In this document: piece after piece, positions 40,264-49,298 of the stretch
Layout of the letters: every line of letters begins with the position of its first letter
Position numbering within the stretch: the stretch's first letter is position 1
Assembly (NCBI GenBank): GCA_963777605.1
Contig: CAVZRV010000008.1
Location: 224,001 to 288,000, forward strand
Length of the DNA stretch: 64,000 nucleotides
Source: an uncultured Acidobacteriota bacterium
GTDB taxonomy: Bacteria; Acidobacteriota; UBA6911; RPQK01; JAPXNP01
Reading direction: 5' to 3'
Notes under the pieces: model-generated
The model's input: only the letters and a program-made list of their open reading frames with translations
Database searches by the model: none
Told to the model about the DNA's origin: nothing
Program-made: the position numbers and the translations under genes

Positions 40264-41457
40264 TCAGGGGTTGCTGTCCCGATTCCGCCTCCATTCGTCA
40301 ATGAATGTCTCCAGGTTCTCCCAAGTTCTGGGTTCATCGACGGTGAGGTTGTCTACCGGGCAAAGGACGAATCCCGACGGGCCAAGGACCTCGATCGCTT
40401 CTCTGACCGCAGACCGGACTTCGTCTTCCGTGCCCATCTCTACCGTTACTGCTCCCGATACTCCACCCCAGAGGCAGACTCGGTGACCGATCTCCCGCTT
40501 CATCCGGGGCATGTCGGTGTAGGTTCCCTGGACCGGATCAATACCAATCAGAACGTCGATCCCGGCCTCCAGGTACTGGTTCATCATGGGTACCGTGCCA
40601 CTGGAGCAGATATACCCGAACTTTGCACCGCAACTGTGGGCCAACTCCACTTCCCGCTGCAGTCTGGGGAGAACGTGCCGCCGAAAAAACGCGGGAGTCA
40701 CGAAATCACAGCCCTCGTACCATGCCCTCCGGATGACGAGGTCAACGGGTGACGACAGAAGCAGTTCCATTCGCTTCACGTTCCAGTCGTGGACAAGTCC
40801 GATCAAGGCATCAACGAATTCCGGAGACTCCATGCTGAGGATGGTCAGGTTCTGCATTCCGCAGAGCCAGTCCGCCATGTCGAGGCCGACGCCCCACCCT
40901 GCGGCCAGCAGCACTTTTCGCGCGTCGGCAAACTCCTGGGCTCTCTTGGACTCGGCCTGGTATTCGAGCCGGTCCTCCTCGGACGGGGGTGTCAGCAGGA
41001 ACTGGAGAGCGTCCAGGTCCTCAGGTCCGGTCACGAGAGGTTTGACGGCTCGGGGAACCTGGTAGTCGTCCACAAAGGGTACGTGGTCGCCGTGAGGCCA
41101 GTCGTCGGAGGGGTGAACTTCAGTGGAAAGGGTACCCGCCGGGGTGATGTATTCCTTGTGCAGAGCTTTTCCGCCCCCGGGTCTTGTCTCCTGCCATTCC
41201 CGGGTGGTTACCTCAGGGCAGAGCCGAACGGGCAACCCGCGGAGATCGGGATGCTCCATCCGGCTGGAGCGAGGTGCAGTTGGGATGAAAAGCATGGAGT
41301 CAAGGCCCATCTCCAACTCGGCATCTACCAGGGCGTACAGGTCTTCGTTAACGCGCTTGCGCTGGATCGTGAAGCTCATGAAGCAGCAGGGAATCCGGTC
41401 TGAGTCTTGGAAATCGATGGTTCTCCGCATCCGCTCTCTTGAATTCAACTGGCTCAT
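40264..41457 (-). CDS. Uroporphyrinogen decarboxylase / MtaA-CmuA fold protein
   Basis: NSRERM..DRIP, YICSSG, CLWGGV, GTEDEVRSAV, GFVLCP. Confidence 0.75.
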   Translation of the reverse strand: MSQLNSRERMRRTIDFQDSDRIPCCFMSFTIQRKRVNEDLYALVDAELEMGLDSMLFIPTAPRSSRMEHPDLRGLPVRLCPEVTTREWQETRPGGGKALHKEYITPAGTLSTEVHPSDDWPHGDHVPFVDDYQVPRAVKPLVTGPEDLDALQFLLTPPSEEDRLEYQAESKRAQEFADARKVLLAAGWGVGLDMADWLCGMQNLTILSMESPEFVDALIGLVHDWNVKRMELLLSSPVDLVIRRAWYEGCDFVTPAFFRRHVLPRLQREVELAHSCGAKFGYICSSGTVPMMNQYLEAGIDVLIGIDPVQGTYTDMPRMKREIGHRVCLWGGVSGAVTVEMGTEDEVRSAVREAIEVLGPSGFVLCPVDNLTVDEPRTWENLETFIDEWRRNRDSNP

Positions 41458-41823
41458 GGGTTTCCCCCTTCCTATCCGATGAGTCCGGCAGCCCTCCCAT
41501 AAAGATCCGGTGAATGAAGCTGAAACCCGCCGGTTTGGCTCATAACCCGGTTTTTAGCCATGGTGCATCGCCATGCTACATCATGTCCGGGAACCCGGCT
41601 AGCCGGTGGGTTAAAGCTCAATATCGTATGATGTTGGGGACCGGACCGTCGGCGCAGGGGTCGGCGGATATCCTGTGCCGGGTATCCGGCAGGGTTTCCC
41701 GTCCGGGGAACCGGTCACTTCCATGACGGGATCAGACGCAGAGGGACCGACGCATATTCGTGCTGACGGACCAGCGCGGCTCGGCTTGGTTCCGGAACAG
41801 GTACCGGAAAGGAATCGGAAGCA

Positions 41824-43284
41824 ATGAAATGCTTCTCTCGAACTGGACTCTTGTTGATGTTACTGGCAGGCGGGGGGCCGCTCGGCGTTGTGGCTGCCCA
41901 GACGCCGGAATCGCGACCCTCGACCGGTGGGCCCTCTTCGCCCGCAGAATCGGTTCCGTTGTTGAGTGATCAAAGCCCGCTCCTCGGGAGTGTTCCGGAA
42001 GGTGAAGCGACCGGCGAGGAATTGGACTTGTCGTTGACCGATGCGGTGGCGCGTGGTTTGCGAAGCAACCTCGGGGTCTTGTTGAGCGGGCATGGGCGCA
42101 CCGCCGCAGAGGGAGAACGTCGCCAGGCGCTGAGTGCCCTGCTTCCCAAGCTGTCGGCCGGATTGAATGAGGCGGTCCAGCAGACCAATCTGGCCGCGCT
42201 TGGATTTCCAGGATTTCCCGGAATTCCCCAAATTATCGGTCCCTTCAGTGTTTTCGACGCGAGAGCCTACGCCAACCAGGATTTGCTGAACCTGCCCGCC
42301 CTGCACCGGCTCAATTCTGCGTCCGAGGATCTCAAGGCTGCTGACTTTTCGTATCAAAACGCACGGGATCTGGTTGTCCTCGGAGTGGTCGGCCTCTACC
42401 TGCAGGCACTCTCCGGGAAGGGTCGGGTCGAGGCCGCTCAGGCCCAGTTTGAGACGGCTCAAGCCCTCTACACCCAGGCGACTTCGTATAAGGAAGCCGG
42501 GGTCGTACCGGCGATCGAGGTTCTCCGTGCCCAGGTCGAAATGCAGTCTGAACAGCAAAGGCTGATCTATCTCCAAAACCGGTTTGAGAAGGAGAAATTG
42601 AAACTGGGTCGTGCCATAGGATTTAGTCCTGCCCAGCGATTCCGTTTGACCGACGATGCTCCTTACCGGCCAATGCCCCTGATCACGGTTGACCAGGCGA
42701 TCGAGCGGGCCTACGCATCCCGTCCCGACTATCAGAGTGCCCGGGCCCGCCTGCGATCGGCTTCTCTGGCCAGAAAAGCCGCGGAGAGCCAGCGACTGCC
42801 TACCGCGGACGTCGATTTCAACTACGGCACGATCGGACGGAGACCGGGAAGTTCCCACGGCACCTTCTCCTTTGCCGCGAATGTCGATGTTCCCATTTTC
42901 GAAGGCGGCCGGATCTCGGGAGAGGTCATGGAGGCGGAAGCCCTGGTTCAGGAGAGACAGAATCAGCTGGACAATCTTCACGCTCAGATCCGCTATGACG
43001 TGGAAACTGCGTTCCTTGACATCCGTTCGTCCGAGAACCAGGTCAAGGTTGCTGAGGACACCATTGATTTGGCACATCAGCAGTTGGAACAGGCCCGTGA
43101 TCGGTTCACAGCCGGAGTGGCGACAAACATCGAAGTTGTTCAGGCCCAGGCCGCACTGGCAACGGCCAACGAAAACTACATTTCGAGTCTCTTTGGCTAC
43201 AACCTGGCAAAGGCTGAGCTTGCCCGGGCCCTTGGCGGGGCAGAGAAGATCGTTCTGGAATACCTGCGGGGAGACACGAAATGA
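41824..43284 (+). CDS. TolC-family outer membrane efflux protein
   Basis: Signal peptide, LSLTDAV, LLPKLS, YKEAGVVPAIEVLRAQ, VPIFEGG, RFTAGVATNIEVVQAQ. Confidence 0.9.
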   Translation: MKCFSRTGLLLMLLAGGGPLGVVAAQTPESRPSTGGPSSPAESVPLLSDQSPLLGSVPEGEATGEELDLSLTDAVARGLRSNLGVLLSGHGRTAAEGERRQALSALLPKLSAGLNEAVQQTNLAALGFPGFPGIPQIIGPFSVFDARAYANQDLLNLPALHRLNSASEDLKAADFSYQNARDLVVLGVVGLYLQALSGKGRVEAAQAQFETAQALYTQATSYKEAGVVPAIEVLRAQVEMQSEQQRLIYLQNRFEKEKLKLGRAIGFSPAQRFRLTDDAPYRPMPLITVDQAIERAYASRPDYQSARARLRSASLARKAAESQRLPTADVDFNYGTIGRRPGSSHGTFSFAANVDVPIFEGGRISGEVMEAEALVQERQNQLDNLHAQIRYDVETAFLDIRSSENQVKVAEDTIDLAHQQLEQARDRFTAGVATNIEVVQAQAALATANENYISSLFGYNLAKAELARALGGAEKIVLEYLRGDTK

Positions 43285-44633
43285 GCGCAGCTCAAGATCA
43301 AGAATCGAGGCCGACAGATGCGCCTGAGGGAAACGCTTCAGATGAACGACCGCAGACCCGAAAAGACGGGGCTCGACCGTTATCCCGCAAGCGCCGCTAT
43401 GCCAGGTGGATCGTTCCCCTGGTGTTGGTGATCGCGGCCGTGGTGGGATACCAGGTGTGGGCCTACTATACGGTACGCGAATCGACCGATGATGCCCAGG
43501 TGAACGGACACATTCATCCCATCAGTGCCCGTGTCGGAGGCACGGTCATCGCCGTCAATGTAGACGAGAATGAAACTCACGACACCGGGACGGTCCTCGT
43601 GCAGATTGATCCCAGGGATTACCAGGTGGCACTTGAAAGGGCCCAGGCCGACCTGTTGGAGGCTCAGGCCGCGCTCGACGCGAGCCAGACCGGCGTGCCC
43701 ATAACCTCGACGACCACCGCCAGCGAGTTGAGCGGATCGGAGGCGGGCGTGCTGCAGTCGCGGGCGGCTCTCGAAACGGCTGAACGGGAGTTGAATGCGC
43801 AGAAGTATCGACTCAGTTCGGCCCAGGCCCAGTTGCAGCAGGCGGAGGCAAACTACAAGAAGGCTGCTCGGGATCTCGATCGAATGAAGCTGCTCATCTC
43901 CAAAGAGGAGATCTCCCGACAGCAGTTTGACGCCGTACAGGCAACTGAAGAGTCCCTCCAGGCCGTAGTCGCCTCTTCCGAAGCTGTTGTTGATGGGGCC
44001 GATGCGGGGATTCGGATTGCCGAAAGCCAGGTGGAAGTTGCACGTGCCCGCCTTGGGCAGGCACAGGCGGCCGAGTCGGCCGCCAAAACCGCCCCCCAGC
44101 AGGTCTCGGTCAGCCGGTCCAAAGTCAAATCGGCCGAGGCCCGGGTCAAGCGGGCCCAGGCCGCCGTGGACCAGGCCAATCTGAACCTGGAGTACACAAC
44201 CGTAAAGGCCCCGATCGGTGGAATCATCAGCAAGCGGAGCGTCGAAGTCGGCCAGGTCGTCCAGGCCGGGCAACCGCTGATGGCGATTGTTCCCCTGGAC
44301 GAAATCTGGGTGACCGCGAATTTCAAGGAGACCCAACTTGAGAACTTGAGGGTGGGACAGCCTGTCACGATTTCGGTGGATGCCTATGGCCATGATTACA
44401 AGGGGCGCGTGGAGAGTTTCTCGCCAGCAACCGGGGCCAAATTCAGCCTGCTTCCGCCGGAGAATGCCACCGGGAACTTCGTCAAAGTCGTACAGCGCGT
44501 ACCGGTTCGGATTGCGATCGACAAGGGACAGGATTCGGAACATCGGCTCCGTTTGGGTCTCTCTGTTGAAGCCACCGTGGTAACGGGCAGACACGGCAAC
44601 GACCAGGGCTCAGGTGGAGGAAGCGTCGAGTGA
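43281..44633 (+). CDS. emrA: EmrA/HlyD-family membrane fusion protein
   Basis: ESTDDAQV, ANFKETQL, FSLLPPENATGNFVKVVQRVPVRI. Confidence 0.93.
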   Translation: MSAAQDQESRPTDAPEGNASDERPQTRKDGARPLSRKRRYARWIVPLVLVIAAVVGYQVWAYYTVRESTDDAQVNGHIHPISARVGGTVIAVNVDENETHDTGTVLVQIDPRDYQVALERAQADLLEAQAALDASQTGVPITSTTTASELSGSEAGVLQSRAALETAERELNAQKYRLSSAQAQLQQAEANYKKAARDLDRMKLLISKEEISRQQFDAVQATEESLQAVVASSEAVVDGADAGIRIAESQVEVARARLGQAQAAESAAKTAPQQVSVSRSKVKSAEARVKRAQAAVDQANLNLEYTTVKAPIGGIISKRSVEVGQVVQAGQPLMAIVPLDEIWVTANFKETQLENLRVGQPVTISVDAYGHDYKGRVESFSPATGAKFSLLPPENATGNFVKVVQRVPVRIAIDKGQDSEHRLRLGLSVEATVVTGRHGNDQGSGGGSVE

Positions 44634-44725
44634 GGTGTCAGTTTCACGGACGCAGACCGGGAAGGTCTCGTTCGGGCTGAGCGCCTCGGCTGCGGAGTGA
44701 CCGGCTCCGCGGGTGGAGATGCATC

Positions 44726-45355
44726 ATGGAATTTCGGGTTGTGACTATTGCCAGAGAGTGTGGTAGCAGGGGCGGCGCAATTGCACGACTGCTTGGCGAG
44801 CGGTTGGGCTGGAGTGTCCTCGATCGGTCCCTGATTTCCGAGGTCGCTCGGCTTGCCAAGGTCGATCCCAAGCTCGTAGAGCGGTACGACGAAAGCGTTG
44901 ACAGTTGGATTTACAGGCTCAGCAAGAAGGCGCTCTGGAAAGGAGCATTCGAGGGTGTGGCCATGCCCGTGGAGGAGTCGTGCTTCGATGCTCAGGCCAT
45001 GTCCCAGATCGTCGCCGGGGTTATTCGCCAGGCTGCCGATGGTGGCAACTGCGTGATTGTCGGCAGGGGAGGGCAATGTCTCCTCCAGGATCGGGAGGAC
45101 GTGTTCCACGTCTTCATCTACGCGCCAATTGAGGATCGAATCCAGAGACAGGCAGAGCGCTTTGGTCAAACCACGGAGATGGACGTCGAGCAGTATCTCG
45201 ATCAGGTCGATCGCCGCAGGGCCGAGTGCGTCCGCTGGCTGTTTCAGCAGGACTGGACGAACCGCCACCTTTACCACCTGATGGCCAGTTCCACGATCGG
45301 CGAGGAGCGGGTCGTGGACGCGGTGGTGGAGGCGATGGGGAAGGAGCGGTCCTGA
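44726..45355 (+). CDS. Cytidylate kinase-like family protein
   Basis: VTIARECGSRGG, CVIVGRGG, HVFIYAP..RI, VDRRRA, YHL. Confidence 0.85.
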   Translation: MEFRVVTIARECGSRGGAIARLLGERLGWSVLDRSLISEVARLAKVDPKLVERYDESVDSWIYRLSKKALWKGAFEGVAMPVEESCFDAQAMSQIVAGVIRQAADGGNCVIVGRGGQCLLQDREDVFHVFIYAPIEDRIQRQAERFGQTTEMDVEQYLDQVDRRRAECVRWLFQQDWTNRHLYHLMASSTIGEERVVDAVVEAMGKERS

Positions 45356-45357
45356 CC

Positions 45358-46923
45358 TTGGCGAACGAGACGCCGGACTCAAGACCCCAGGTGAACCCCT
45401 GGATCGTGGCGATTTCCGTGATGTTTGCGACATTCATGGAAGTCATGGACACCACGGTGGTCAACGTGTCCCTCCCTCACATCGCGGGAAGCCTCTCCGC
45501 CAGTGTTAACGAGGCGACCTGGACGTTGACCTCCTACCTGGTTTCCAATGCCATTATTTTGCCGATGACCGGTTGGCTGGCGAATTACTTCGGTCGCAAG
45601 CGACTGCTGATGATGTCGGTGACCGGGTTCACGCTATCCTCGTTGGTTTGCGGTATTGCTCCCAGTCTTCCCGTGCTGGTGTTCACCCGGATCGTTCAGG
45701 GCGCGGCCGGCGGTACGCTACAACCCCTCTCGCAGTCGATCCTCCTGGAGGCCTTTCGCCCGGAAGACCGGGGAAAGGCGATGGGTTTCTGGGGTCTGGG
45801 CATTGTCGTGGCCCCCATCATGGGACCGGTTCTCGGAGGCTGGCTGACCGACCAGTACAGTTGGCGATGGGTCTTCTTCATCAATATCCCCGTCGGGATC
45901 ATTTCTCTCGTCATGACCAAGGCGTTCGTCTTTGACCCGCCCTACATCGGGAAGAACCGAAAGCGGATCGACTACTGGGGAGTGGGCATGCTGGCCGTCG
46001 GAATCGGGGCGCTCCAAGTGCTTCTCGACAAGGGGCAGGATGAGGACTGGTTCCAGTCACACCTGATGACTGCGCTGGCGGTGATCGCAGCCGTTTCCCT
46101 CATCCTTCTGATCATCCGCGAGTTGAAGACACGAGATCCGGTTATCGATCTGCAGGTATTTCGGAAGCGTACTTACAGCGCCGGGGTGTTCCTCATGACC
46201 TCGCTGGGGTTCGTGCTGTACGGGAGCCTGGTGCTGGTGCCGATTCTGATGCAGACACTATTGGGCTACTCCGCCTTCGAGGCGGGAATTGCCATGGCTC
46301 CACGCGGGTTCGGGTCGTTTCTGACCATGCCGATCGTGGGAGTTCTGGTCGGAAAGTTTGATCCCCGCAAACTGTTGGCGATGGGCTTTACGCTGTGCGC
46401 GTTCAGCCTCTACAAGTTGTCCATTCTAAACCTGAATGCGGGCTATTGGGACTTCTTCTGGCCCCAGTTCATTCAGGGTGTGTCCCTGGCTTTGCTTTTT
46501 GTGCCGCTGACGACGACTACCATGGACCCGATTGCGAATGAGAACATGGGGAATGCAACCAGCATCTTCAACCTGCTCCGCAACATCGGGGGTAGCATGG
46601 GTATTGCGGCGGCAACCACCTACACTGCCCGTCATCAGCAGCAGTTGATCAGCGTCTTCGGCCGCCACATCAACCCGTACGATCCAACTTCGCAGTTGGC
46701 CGTCGGCGAGATTCAGTCCCACCTCATGCAACGGGGAGCGGACCCATTTACGGCCGCTCAACAGACTCACGGGATCCTTTTTGGAATCGTTCAGCAGCAG
46801 GCGGCGCTCGTCTCATTCATGAACGCCTTCCTGATCCTGGGGATCGTGTTCCTCTGCGTCCTCCCGGTAATCCTGATCATGAAGAAGCCGGCAGACAGAA
46901 GAGGAGCGCCGCCGATGCACTGA
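45358..46923 (+). CDS. emrB: DHA2 (EmrB/QacA) MFS efflux permease
   Basis: FMEVMDTTVVNVSLP, TSYLVSN, GPVLGGWLTD, WRWVFFIN, RNIGGSMG; start TTG 45358 approximate. Confidence 0.93.
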   Translation: MANETPDSRPQVNPWIVAISVMFATFMEVMDTTVVNVSLPHIAGSLSASVNEATWTLTSYLVSNAIILPMTGWLANYFGRKRLLMMSVTGFTLSSLVCGIAPSLPVLVFTRIVQGAAGGTLQPLSQSILLEAFRPEDRGKAMGFWGLGIVVAPIMGPVLGGWLTDQYSWRWVFFINIPVGIISLVMTKAFVFDPPYIGKNRKRIDYWGVGMLAVGIGALQVLLDKGQDEDWFQSHLMTALAVIAAVSLILLIIRELKTRDPVIDLQVFRKRTYSAGVFLMTSLGFVLYGSLVLVPILMQTLLGYSAFEAGIAMAPRGFGSFLTMPIVGVLVGKFDPRKLLAMGFTLCAFSLYKLSILNLNAGYWDFFWPQFIQGVSLALLFVPLTTTTMDPIANENMGNATSIFNLLRNIGGSMGIAAATTYTARHQQQLISVFGRHINPYDPTSQLAVGEIQSHLMQRGADPFTAAQQTHGILFGIVQQQAALVSFMNAFLILGIVFLCVLPVILIMKKPADRRGAPPMH

Positions 46924-47000
46924 TTGCGTCCGGTCGCCTACTTGAGTTGGAATCGGATCGCAGCGTCGGCATGGGCCGAGGTTTTTCCCCTTTCCTCGAA

Positions 47001-47303
47001 AATCCGGTGACACGCACCAATCAAACTCGTAACTCCCTTGAACAAGAGATTTTCCTGCAGGCCTGGTACGAATTATTCGTGCAGACATCTGCCCTGTGTT
47101 CTCTAAAGGAAGATTGAAGAGCGAAACCACGAGACCTCAGAATGGTTGCGTTCAGGGCCTAGTGGGGCGACCGCATCTCGCGGAATGGAGGGGACCCGGC
47201 ACTCCGAAAGACTGTTGCAACGATGCTTAAAAGGTACCAGGCCTCAGGAAAAAGTCTTATCCTGCAGCTGTTTACGGATCCAAACGGTGCGTGTCACCGA
47301 ATT
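47001..47303. repeat. 303-bp element with about 70-bp imperfect terminal inverted repeats (MITE/REPIN-like)
   Basis: AATCCGGTGACACGCACC (47001-18) / GGTGCGTGTCACCGAATT (47286-303), 17/18; inner TTTTCCTGCAGGCCTGGTAC (47050-69) / GTACCAGGCCTCAGGAAAA (47234-52). Confidence 0.75.
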
Positions 47304-47539
47304 CGTGACGCCTGGCGGTCGCGCTCCGTAGCTTTGCGGCCGATCAGGAGAAAAACGATGCCGCTAATCAGCATGAATGCTCCCCACCAGAGGCTGGGAT
47401 TGGTTTCGCCCAACACGGTCTTGGGCAATTCCGTGGCGGCGTAGTAGACGCCCGTCAAGGTGATGATGGCACCGTATACCGTCAGGACCATTCCAACCCA
47501 GCTCCAAATCGAAATCATGGTCGCTTGCTGCTTCGACAT
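47294..47539 (-). CDS. Small two-TM membrane protein, likely SSS accessory subunit
   Basis: Two hydrophobic helices; 15 nt downstream of the SSS gene with a GGAGG RBS. Confidence 0.75.
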   Translation of the reverse strand: MSKQQATMISIWSWVGMVLTVYGAIITLTGVYYAATELPKTVLGETNPSLWWGAFMLISGIVFLLIGRKATERDRQASRIR

Positions 47540-47554
47540 AGCCGTCCTCCGCCC

Positions 47555-49225
47555 CTACCAGAAATAGATGTTCAAGGCGATGCAGAGCGCCAGTGCGATC
47601 GCCGCCCACATCTCGGGTTTTTTCCAGAATGGTACCTCCTCCAGGGAGGTGATGTCGGTCAGGCCTCTTACCAGCCCTGTTAACTCGCTTATGGGCTTGG
47701 GCTTCGTTACCAGGCTGACGATAATCGTCAGGCTCAGGGTCAGCAACCAGGCCCACCAAGCACGCCAGAGGTTCTCAGCCATGTCGCTCGGATGGTTGGA
47801 AAGAGTGACGGAATAGGCGGAGATCCATTCGAATCGGAGCGCGATGAAGAGGAAAAAGGAAGTGCTCATTCCGACGAGGAGTCCCCAAAATGCGCCGGCC
47901 GACGTAGTTCGCTTCCAGAACATCCCCAACAGCATGGTCGCGAAAAGGGGCGCGTTGACCCAGCTGAAAATCGCCTGGATGTAATCCATGATGCTCTCGA
48001 ACGCCATCGCCCAGTAGGCTGTGAGGATCGACAGGAAAATCCCCACAATCGTGGTCACGCGGCCTACCCAGACCAAGTGTTCGTCGGTAGCATCCCGCTT
48101 GATGATCGCGCGGTAGATGTCGTACGTCCAGACCGTGTTGAACGCTGAGACATTTCCGGCCTGGCCCGCCATGAAACCCGCGAGAAGCCCGGTGATCCCG
48201 AGCCCGACCAGCCCCGCCGGGTAATAGCGCGCGATCAACAGCGGCAGTGCCGAGTCATACCAGATTTCGCCATTCTCTTTGGTCATGAGGGCGAAGCCGC
48301 TGTCGGGGTTCTGGCCCAGTTTCCAGGCAACCAGCCCTCCTCCGACGACAATGAACGGCAAAGCCATCTTGAAGAACGAAGCGATCACCGGAGTGTTCCG
48401 GGCGGCCTGCAGGTCGCGAGCCGAGAACGCACGCTGGACGATGAGAAAGTCGGTCGTCCAGTACCCGAACGAGAGTACGAAACCAAGTCCGATCACGATC
48501 CCGAGCCAGGTGACCCCCATCTCATTGGCCGAAGCACTGCCGGTCGTGGACCAGAGCGCGGACATCTCAGGAGGGAGGCTGGCAAGCAACTTGCCGATGC
48601 CTCCCACCTCCACCAACCCGAGCAGGGCAACCAGGAAGAGCCCGAACCAGATCAGAAAGAACTGGATGATTTCAGTGAGAATCGCCGACAGCAGTCCGCC
48701 CATGGTGATGTAGGCCGCCACCGCGGCCGCCGAGATCCAAATCGACACGTGCATGTTCCACCCCAGGACGATGTGAAAAACCACCGCCATGAGGTAGAGA
48801 TTGATCCCACTCATCAGAACCGTCATGAAAGCGAAAGAAAAGGCATTCAGGAGCCGGTTCTTTTCGTCGAAACGCAGCAGAAGATAGCCCGGGATCGAGT
48901 GGATCCGGCTGCTGTAGTAAAACGGCATCATGAAGAGGGCGAGGAAGAGCATGGCCGGGACTGCCCCGATCCAGTAGAAGTGCGAGACGAACATCCCGTA
49001 CTTGACGGTTCCGCCGGTCCAACCCAGGATTTCCAGGGCCCCCAGGTTGGCAGACAGAAAAGCCAGGCCGGCCACCCATGAACTGTTGCGCCGGCCTGCC
49101 AGGAAAAAGTCTTCTCCTTTGTCACCGAACTTCTTCAGGTAGATACCAATCCCGATGATCGCTCCGAAATAGAAAAGGATCACCAGCCAATCCACCAGGT
49201 GGAGAGTGATTTGATTAGAGTTCAT
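47555..49225 (-). CDS. Sodium:solute symporter (SSS)
   Basis: DFFLAGR, SANLGALE, YWTTDFLIVQRA, AFNTVWTYDIY; many TM helices. Confidence 0.92.
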   Translation of the reverse strand: MNSNQITLHLVDWLVILFYFGAIIGIGIYLKKFGDKGEDFFLAGRRNSSWVAGLAFLSANLGALEILGWTGGTVKYGMFVSHFYWIGAVPAMLFLALFMMPFYYSSRIHSIPGYLLLRFDEKNRLLNAFSFAFMTVLMSGINLYLMAVVFHIVLGWNMHVSIWISAAAVAAYITMGGLLSAILTEIIQFFLIWFGLFLVALLGLVEVGGIGKLLASLPPEMSALWSTTGSASANEMGVTWLGIVIGLGFVLSFGYWTTDFLIVQRAFSARDLQAARNTPVIASFFKMALPFIVVGGGLVAWKLGQNPDSGFALMTKENGEIWYDSALPLLIARYYPAGLVGLGITGLLAGFMAGQAGNVSAFNTVWTYDIYRAIIKRDATDEHLVWVGRVTTIVGIFLSILTAYWAMAFESIMDYIQAIFSWVNAPLFATMLLGMFWKRTTSAGAFWGLLVGMSTSFFLFIALRFEWISAYSVTLSNHPSDMAENLWRAWWAWLLTLSLTIIVSLVTKPKPISELTGLVRGLTDITSLEEVPFWKKPEMWAAIALALCIALNIYFW

Positions 49226-49298
49226 TCCTACCCCTCATGTCACATCTGCTGATACCGAAGGCACATTGCCGATTCATAATAAGTCCAGTTCAAAGCCC

